NCBI GenBank assembly: GCA_964242945.1
Contig: CAXTCF010000004.1
Span: 1,045-65,044, forward strand
DNA: 64,000 nt
Source of the DNA: an uncultured Rhizobiaceae bacterium
GTDB lineage: Bacteria; Pseudomonadota; Alphaproteobacteria; Rhizobiales; Rhizobiaceae
Direction: 5' to 3'
Of the stretch, positions 57,388 to 64,000 are shown one piece after another (the stretch's first letter is position 1; each line of letters begins with the position of its first letter). A program made the translations under genes and the position numbers. The notes under the pieces are model-generated. The model did no database searches. It was not told the origin of the DNA and saw only the letters and a list, made by a program, of their open reading frames with translations.

Positions 57388-58695
57388 ATGAAACCAACAG
57401 CATTTATGCTGGGCCTTTGCTCGGCAAGCCTTCTGGCGTTCGCGGCGCATGCCGAGACGCTGACGATCGCCACCGTCAACAACGGCGACATGGTCCGCAT
57501 GCAGAAGCTGACGGACGACTTCAAGACCAAGAACCCCGGCATCGACCTGAACTGGGTCACGCTGGAGGAGAACGTGCTGCGCCAGCGCGTCACCACCGAC
57601 ATCGCCAACAAGGGCGGCCAGTTCGACGTGCTGACCATCGGCACCTACGAGGTCCCGATCTGGGCCAAGAACGGCTGGCTCGTTGCGCTCGACAACCTCG
57701 GCGCCGACTACGACGTGGACGACCTGATCCCCTCGATCCGCTCCGGCCTTTCCTATGAGGGCAAGCTCTACGCCGCGCCGTTCTACGGCGAGTCGTCCTT
57801 TGTGATGTACCGCAAGGATCTGGCCGACAAGGCCGGCATCAAGATGCCCGAAGCGCCGACCTGGGACTTCATCGCCGACGCGGCCCGCAAGATGACCGAC
57901 CGCGCCAACGGCGTGAACGGCATCTGCCTGCGCGGCAAGGCCGGCTGGGGCGAGAACACCGCGTTCCTGACGACGCTGGCCAACTCCTTCGGCGCCCGCT
58001 GGTTCGACGAGAGCTGGAAGCCGCAGTTCGACCAGCCCGAGTGGAAGAAGGCGATCGACTTCTATGTGAAGCTGATGAAGGATGCCGGCCCCGAAGGCGC
58101 TTCCTCCAACGGCTTCAACGAGAACCTGGCGCTCTTCCAGCAGGGCAAGTGCGGCATGTGGATCGACGCCACCGTCGCGGCTTCCTTCGTGACCGGCAAG
58201 GAATCCACCGTTGCCGACAAGGTCGGCTTCGCCCTGGCGCCGGATGCCGGCATGGGCAAGCGCGCGAACTGGCTCTGGGCGTGGTCGCTGGCCATTCCCG
58301 CCGGCACGCAGAAGGCGGAAGCGGCGGAGAAGTTCGTTTCCTGGGCGACCTCCAAGGGCTATGCCGAGCTCGTCGCGTCCAAGGAGGGCTGGGCCAACGT
58401 GCCTCCGGGCACCCGCACCTCGCTCTACAAGAACGCCGACTATGACAAGGCTGCTCCCTTCGCCAAGCTGACCATCGACTCGATCAATGCAGCCGACCCG
58501 GCCAAGCCGACGGTCAAGGCGGTGCCCTACACCGGCGTGCAGTTCGTGGCGATCCCTGAGTTCCAGGGCCTCGGCACCACGGTCGGCCAGCTCTTCTCGG
58601 CGGCTCTCGCCGGCCAGATGAGCGTGGACGACGCGCTCGCCCAGGCGCAGCAGGTCGCGACCAGCACGATGACCGAAGGCGGCTACATCCAGTAA
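57388..58695 (+). CDS. smoE: Polyol ABC transporter substrate-binding protein
   Basis: Signal peptide; TIATVNNGDM, EENVLRQRVTTDI, GVQFVAIPEFQ. Confidence 0.9.
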   Translation: MKPTAFMLGLCSASLLAFAAHAETLTIATVNNGDMVRMQKLTDDFKTKNPGIDLNWVTLEENVLRQRVTTDIANKGGQFDVLTIGTYEVPIWAKNGWLVALDNLGADYDVDDLIPSIRSGLSYEGKLYAAPFYGESSFVMYRKDLADKAGIKMPEAPTWDFIADAARKMTDRANGVNGICLRGKAGWGENTAFLTTLANSFGARWFDESWKPQFDQPEWKKAIDFYVKLMKDAGPEGASSNGFNENLALFQQGKCGMWIDATVAASFVTGKESTVADKVGFALAPDAGMGKRANWLWAWSLAIPAGTQKAEAAEKFVSWATSKGYAELVASKEGWANVPPGTRTSLYKNADYDKAAPFAKLTIDSINAADPAKPTVKAVPYTGVQFVAIPEFQGLGTTVGQLFSAALAGQMSVDDALAQAQQVATSTMTEGGYIQ

Positions 58696-58715
58696 GCATC
58701 CTCCCGATGCGACCT

Positions 58716-58740
58716 GCCGCCCGGGCAAGTTCCGGGCGGC
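58716..58740 (+). terminator. Stem-loop after smoE (attenuating or stabilising)
   Basis: GCCGCCCGG-GCAAGTT-CCGGGCGGC followed by CTTT. Confidence 0.55.
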
Positions 58741-59000
58741 CTTTCATCCCTCTCCTCAATCGGCGGTGGAATGCCGCAAGAGGCGATTGACGGCAGGGGG
58801 CCTTTGAATCAATTTGCCTTCATGCGCTGCCGCACACGAGCCTGGGAGGCTTGCGCTGCCGGCGCGCTGAAGCGGACCGGAAGCGCGTTCCCCTTGAACG
58901 CCTGGTTCGAGAATGCGCGAGGGAGGCCGGGGCGTAAGCGACAGTTGAAGTTGCGTGTCCCGGAAACTGCGGCATCGGCCTGAGGAGGGGCACCCGCGAA

Positions 59001-59870
59001 ATGGCGACTCAGCAAACCCGTTCGCTCGCGCGCGCCATGTTGGCGCCGTCGGTGATCTTCCTGTTCATCTGGATGATCATTCCGCTGCTGACTACCCTGT
59101 GGTTCTCGTTCCAGCGCTACAATCCGGCCAATCCGGCCCGCAACGGCTTCGTCTGGTTCTCCAACTACAAGCTTGCCTTCTCCGACCCGGCCTTCTTCCA
59201 GTCGATCGAGAACACGCTGATCCTGGTCGTCAGCGTGCTCTTGATCACGGTGGTGGGCGGCATCCTTCTGGCGCTGCTGCTCGACCAGCCGATGTGGGGG
59301 CAGGGCATCGTCCGCATCCTGATCATCTCCCCGTTCTTCGTCATGCCGCCCGTGGCCGCCCTGATCTGGAAGAACATGATCTTGTCGCCGGACTACGGCG
59401 TTTCCGCCAGCATATTCCGATCGTTCGACATGGCGCCGGTGGCGTGGCTGACATCCTTCCCGCTGTTCTCGATCATCATCATCGTGGCATGGCAATGGCT
59501 GCCTTTCGCGACGCTGATCCTCTTGACCGCGCTCCAGTCGCTCGACGGCGAGCAGAAGGAGGCGGCCGAGATGGACGGCGCCGGGTTCCTCAGCCGCTTC
59601 TGGTATCTGGTGCTGCCGCATCTGGCCCGCTCGATCACGGTGGTCATCCTGATCCAGACGATCTTCCTGCTTTCCATCTACGTGGAGATCGCGGTCACGA
59701 CGGGCGGGGGGCCGGGCTACGCTTCGACCAACCTTCCGTTCCAGATCGCCAAGAGCGTCGCCGACGTGCGTTACGGCCTGGCATCGGCCGGCGGCATCCT
59801 GGCCGTCATCCTTGCCAACATCGTCGCAATCTTCCTGATGCGCGCCGTCGGCAAGAACCTGGACCGCTGA
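59001..59870 (+). CDS. smoF: Polyol ABC transporter permease
   Basis: WQWLPFA..ILL.ALQSLD.EQKEAAEMDGA. Confidence 0.9.
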   Translation: MATQQTRSLARAMLAPSVIFLFIWMIIPLLTTLWFSFQRYNPANPARNGFVWFSNYKLAFSDPAFFQSIENTLILVVSVLLITVVGGILLALLLDQPMWGQGIVRILIISPFFVMPPVAALIWKNMILSPDYGVSASIFRSFDMAPVAWLTSFPLFSIIIIVAWQWLPFATLILLTALQSLDGEQKEAAEMDGAGFLSRFWYLVLPHLARSITVVILIQTIFLLSIYVEIAVTTGGGPGYASTNLPFQIAKSVADVRYGLASAGGILAVILANIVAIFLMRAVGKNLDR

Positions 59871-59893
59871 GAGTAGAGGGAGAGAGAAACGCC

Positions 59894-60718
59894 ATGGCAC
59901 GTGCAGTCACGAACCGGCAGAAGACCGTTGCCACCATCGCCGCCTGGGCTGTCGCGCTTCTGATCTTCTTTCCGATCCTTTATACGATCCTCACCTCCTT
60001 CAAGACGGAGCAGGAGGCCTATTCCGGCTTCAAGCTGATCCCTTCCTGGACGCTGCAAAGCTATGCCGAGGTGCAGGCGCAGAGCAATTACTTCCGCTTC
60101 TTCCTGAACTCCGTCATCCTGTCCGTGGGGTCCACGCTGCTCGCCCTGCTTGTCGCCATCCCGGCTTCCTGGTCGATGGCGTTTTCGCCGACGCGCCGCA
60201 CCAAGGACATCCTGATGTGGATGCTTTCCACCAAGATGATGCCCGCGGTCGCCGTGCTCGTGCCGATCTACCTGATCTTCGTGCAGCTCGGCTTGCAGGA
60301 CAACCGCTTGGCCCTGACCGTCATGCTGATGCTGATCAACCTGCCGATCGTGGTGTGGATGCTCTACACCTATTTCCGCGAGATTCCCGGCGAGATCCTG
60401 GAGGCGTCGCGCATGGACGGGGCCTCGCTCTGGAACGAGCTCGTCTATGTGCTGACGCCGATGGCGGTGCCGGGCATCGCCTCGACGCTGCTGCTCAACA
60501 TCATCCTGGCCTGGAACGAGGCGTTCTGGACCATCCAGCTCACCACCACCAATGCCGCGCCGCTCAGCGCGTTCATCGCCTCGTTCTCCAGTCCGCAGGG
60601 CTTCTTCCTGGCAAAGCTTTCCGCGGCTTCCACGCTCGCCATCGCGCCGATCCTGATCATGGGGTGGTTCAGCCAACGCCAGCTCGTGCGCGGCCTGACC
60701 TTCGGCGCCGTCAAGTAA
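59894..60718 (+). CDS. smoG: Polyol ABC transporter permease
   Basis: [24 protein letters not shown]. Confidence 0.9.
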   Translation: MARAVTNRQKTVATIAAWAVALLIFFPILYTILTSFKTEQEAYSGFKLIPSWTLQSYAEVQAQSNYFRFFLNSVILSVGSTLLALLVAIPASWSMAFSPTRRTKDILMWMLSTKMMPAVAVLVPIYLIFVQLGLQDNRLALTVMLMLINLPIVVWMLYTYFREIPGEILEASRMDGASLWNELVYVLTPMAVPGIASTLLLNIILAWNEAFWTIQLTTTNAAPLSAFIASFSSPQGFFLAKLSAASTLAIAPILIMGWFSQRQLVRGLTFGAVK

Positions 60719-60743
60719 CCAACAAAAGGGGGAGGAGAAACTC

Positions 60744-61748
<1,005 letters not shown>

Positions 61749-61873
61749 GGGCGGCCCTGTCGCGGCCAGGCGGCGGGGGCTGACAAGAGGCGGACGGCAA
61801 TAAGTTCGACCCCCACTCTGCCCGAAAGCGGCGGAGTGGGGGCGATCCATTGGCATTCCGGGAGGATGAAACC

Positions 61874-63343
61874 GTGGCCACCAAGCTTTCCCTTGAAAAC
61901 CTGCACTCCCTGCGGCCGGACGTCGCGGTCCCCTCTTACAAGCGCGAGGACCTCTCCGCCGGCATCCTCCACTTCGGCCTCGGCAACTTCCACCGCGCCC
62001 ACCAGGCCGTTTACCTCGACGAGTTGTTCAACGCCGGCCGCGACCACGACTGGGCGATCGTCGGCGCCGGCGTGTTCGACGGCGAGAAGCGCGGCCGCGA
62101 CGTGCTGCAAGCCCAGGATTGGCTGACCACCGTGGTCGAGCAGGACGCCCACTCCATGTCGGCCCGCGTCACCGGCGCCATGATCGATTTTCTGGTGCCG
62201 GGCGACACGGATACAATCATCGCAAAGCTGGCCGACCCGGCGATCCGCATCGTGTCGCTGACCATCACGGAAGGCGGCTACTTCATCGACGCCTCCACCG
62301 GCCACTTCAACAAGGCGCATCCGGACATCGTGCGCGACGGCGAGAATCCCGACAGCCCGAAGACGGTGTTCGGCCTGATCCTCGCCGGCCTGAAGAAGCG
62401 GAAGGACGCGGGCACGCCGGCCTTCACCGTGATGTGCTGCGACAACATCCCCCACAACGGCCACGTCACAAGGGAAGCCGTGTGCGGCTTGGCCGAACTC
62501 TCCGACGGCGATTTCGCCGCCTGGATCAAGGACAACGTCGCGTTTCCGAACGGCATGGTGGACCGCATCACCCCCGCCACCACCGACCGCGAGCGTGGAA
62601 TCGCGCGCGAAAAGTTCGGCGTGGAGGACGGTTGGCCGGTCTTCTGCGAGCCCTTCAAGCAATGGGTGATGGAAGACGACTTCCCGCTCGGCCGCCCGGC
62701 GCTGGAAACCGTCGGCGTGCAGTTCGTGGACGACGTCGCGCCCTTCGAGCTGATGAAGCTGCGCATCCTCAACGGCGGGCACGCGACCATCGCCTATCCC
62801 GGCGGCTTGATGGATATCCACTTCGTTCACGAGGCGATGGAAAACGACCTCATCCGCGCCTTCCTGTCCAAGCTGGAGCAGACCGAGATCATCCCGACCG
62901 TGCCCCCCGTTCCGGGCGTGGTGCTGGAGGACTATTATCAGCTGATCGAACACCGCTTCTCCAACCCGAAGATCGGCGACACGATCCGCCGCCTCTGCCT
63001 GGACGGTTCCAACCGCCAGCCGAAATTCATCATCCCGACCATCTCGGACCGCCTGAAAGCGGGGCAGAGCGTCGATGGCCTCGCGCTCGAATCCGCGCTG
63101 TGGTGCCGCTACTGCCACGGCACCACCGACTCCGGCGCGACCACCGAACCGAACGATCCCAATTGGGACCGCATGCAGGCGACGGCGAGGCAGGCCAAGG
63201 ACGATCCGTCCGCCTGGCTCGCCATGGACGACATCTACGGCGATGTCGGCCGATCGCCCGTTTTTGGCAAGGCGTTCGCCGAAGCGCTTCAGGCGCTCTG
63301 GGCGGCGGACGCCAAGACCGTGCTCCAGCGCTATATCGGCTGA
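61874..63343 (+). CDS. mtlK: Mannitol 2-dehydrogenase family protein
   Basis: HFGLGNFHRAHQA, SLTITEGGY, MVDRITP, KLRILNGGH; GTG start at 61874. Confidence 0.92.
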   Translation: MATKLSLENLHSLRPDVAVPSYKREDLSAGILHFGLGNFHRAHQAVYLDELFNAGRDHDWAIVGAGVFDGEKRGRDVLQAQDWLTTVVEQDAHSMSARVTGAMIDFLVPGDTDTIIAKLADPAIRIVSLTITEGGYFIDASTGHFNKAHPDIVRDGENPDSPKTVFGLILAGLKKRKDAGTPAFTVMCCDNIPHNGHVTREAVCGLAELSDGDFAAWIKDNVAFPNGMVDRITPATTDRERGIAREKFGVEDGWPVFCEPFKQWVMEDDFPLGRPALETVGVQFVDDVAPFELMKLRILNGGHATIAYPGGLMDIHFVHEAMENDLIRAFLSKLEQTEIIPTVPPVPGVVLEDYYQLIEHRFSNPKIGDTIRRLCLDGSNRQPKFIIPTISDRLKAGQSVDGLALESALWCRYCHGTTDSGATTEPNDPNWDRMQATARQAKDDPSAWLAMDDIYGDVGRSPVFGKAFAEALQALWAADAKTVLQRYIG

Positions 63344-63347
63344 CGCC

Positions 63348-64000
63348 ATGGATCTCGACCTGCGAGGAAAGATTGCCGTCATCACCGGCGGCAGCGTCGG
63401 TATCGGGCTCGGCGTGGCGGAAGCCTTCGCGGCCGAGGGCGCGCATGTCGTGCTCGCCGCCCGCGGGGCCGAGCGCGTGGAAGCGGAGGCCGCGCGCATC
63501 GCGGGCGAGCATGGGGTACAAGCCCTCGGCGTCGCCTGCGATGTAGCGACGGTCGAAGGTGCCGACGCGCTGGTCGATGCCGTGGCGAAAGAATTCGGCG
63601 GCGCGGACATCCTGGTCAACAACGCCGGCACCGGCTCCAACGAGACGATCCAGGAAGCCTCGGACGAGAAGTGGCAGCAGTATTGGGACCTGCACGTCAT
63701 GGCCGCGGTGCGGCTCGCCCGCGGCTTCGTGCCCCAGATGAAGGCGCGCGGCGGCGGCGCCATCCTGCACAACGCCTCCATCTGCGCGGTGCAGCCGCTC
63801 TGGTACGAGCCGATCTACAACGTCACCAAGGCCGCCCTGATGATGTTCTCCAAAAACCTCGCCAACGAGGTGGTCAAGGACAACATCCGGGTGAACTGCA
63901 TCAACCCCGGCCTGATCCTGACGCCCGACTGGGTGAAGACCGCCAAGCAGCTGACGGAAGCGAGCGGCGGCGACTACCAGGCCTACCTGCAAGGCGTCGC
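63348..64000 (+). CDS. SDR-family oxidoreductase (runs off the window)
   Basis: Manual translation: MDLDLRGKIAVITGGSVGIG...NNAG...YNVTK...NPG. Confidence 0.9.
   Translation, partial: MDLDLRGKIAVITGGSVGIGLGVAEAFAAEGAHVVLAARGAERVEAEAARIAGEHGVQALGVACDVATVEGADALVDAVAKEFGGADILVNNAGTGSNETIQEASDEKWQQYWDLHVMAAVRLARGFVPQMKARGGGAILHNASICAVQPLWYEPIYNVTKAALMMFSKNLANEVVKDNIRVNCINPGLILTPDWVKTAKQLTEASGGDYQAYLQGV

Noticed and set aside
58741-59000. sRNA in the long smoE-smoF spacer
   Set aside because: Only weak hairpins, with no promoter, terminator or recognisable family; long spacers after binding-protein genes are common.

Overview
Core chromosomal region of a GC-rich alphaproteobacterium (Hyphomicrobiales, rhizobia-like) that very probably contains oriC: the hemE-maf intergenic region has two perfect DnaA boxes and a dense GANTC (CcrM) cluster. 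Most of the window is the conserved origin-proximal gene set: maf-aroE-coaE-dnaQ, smr-mltA-tim44/fxsA-secB, hslUV, hisBHAFE-coaA, chvIG-hprK-EIIA-HPr, ahcY, sensor kinase-tsaE-murU-addBA-trxA, mmcB and actR. The rest is a stress/envelope segment (HWE kinase with receiver, phospholipase D, PBP1A, a decayed toxin-antitoxin pair) and a polyol (smo/mtl-type) ABC operon. The unusual signal lies in small palindromic mobile elements. A 162-bp MITE with TAA target duplication sits in frame, with no stop codon, in the apparent N-terminus of the sensor kinase and adds 55 codons. It shares a covarying structured core with a second, RPE-like element. Three copies of another palindromic family are present, one composite and lying between addB and addA. 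Also notable: two tandem Uma2 nuclease-like genes inside the his operon with a conserved head and divergent body, a probably dead ketose 3-epimerase homologue, an AT-rich orphan ORF, and several genes absent from their usual positions (pckA, DUF299, actS, smoS). No rRNA, tRNA or CRISPR array was seen. Family assignments come from motif recognition and recall, not database searches.
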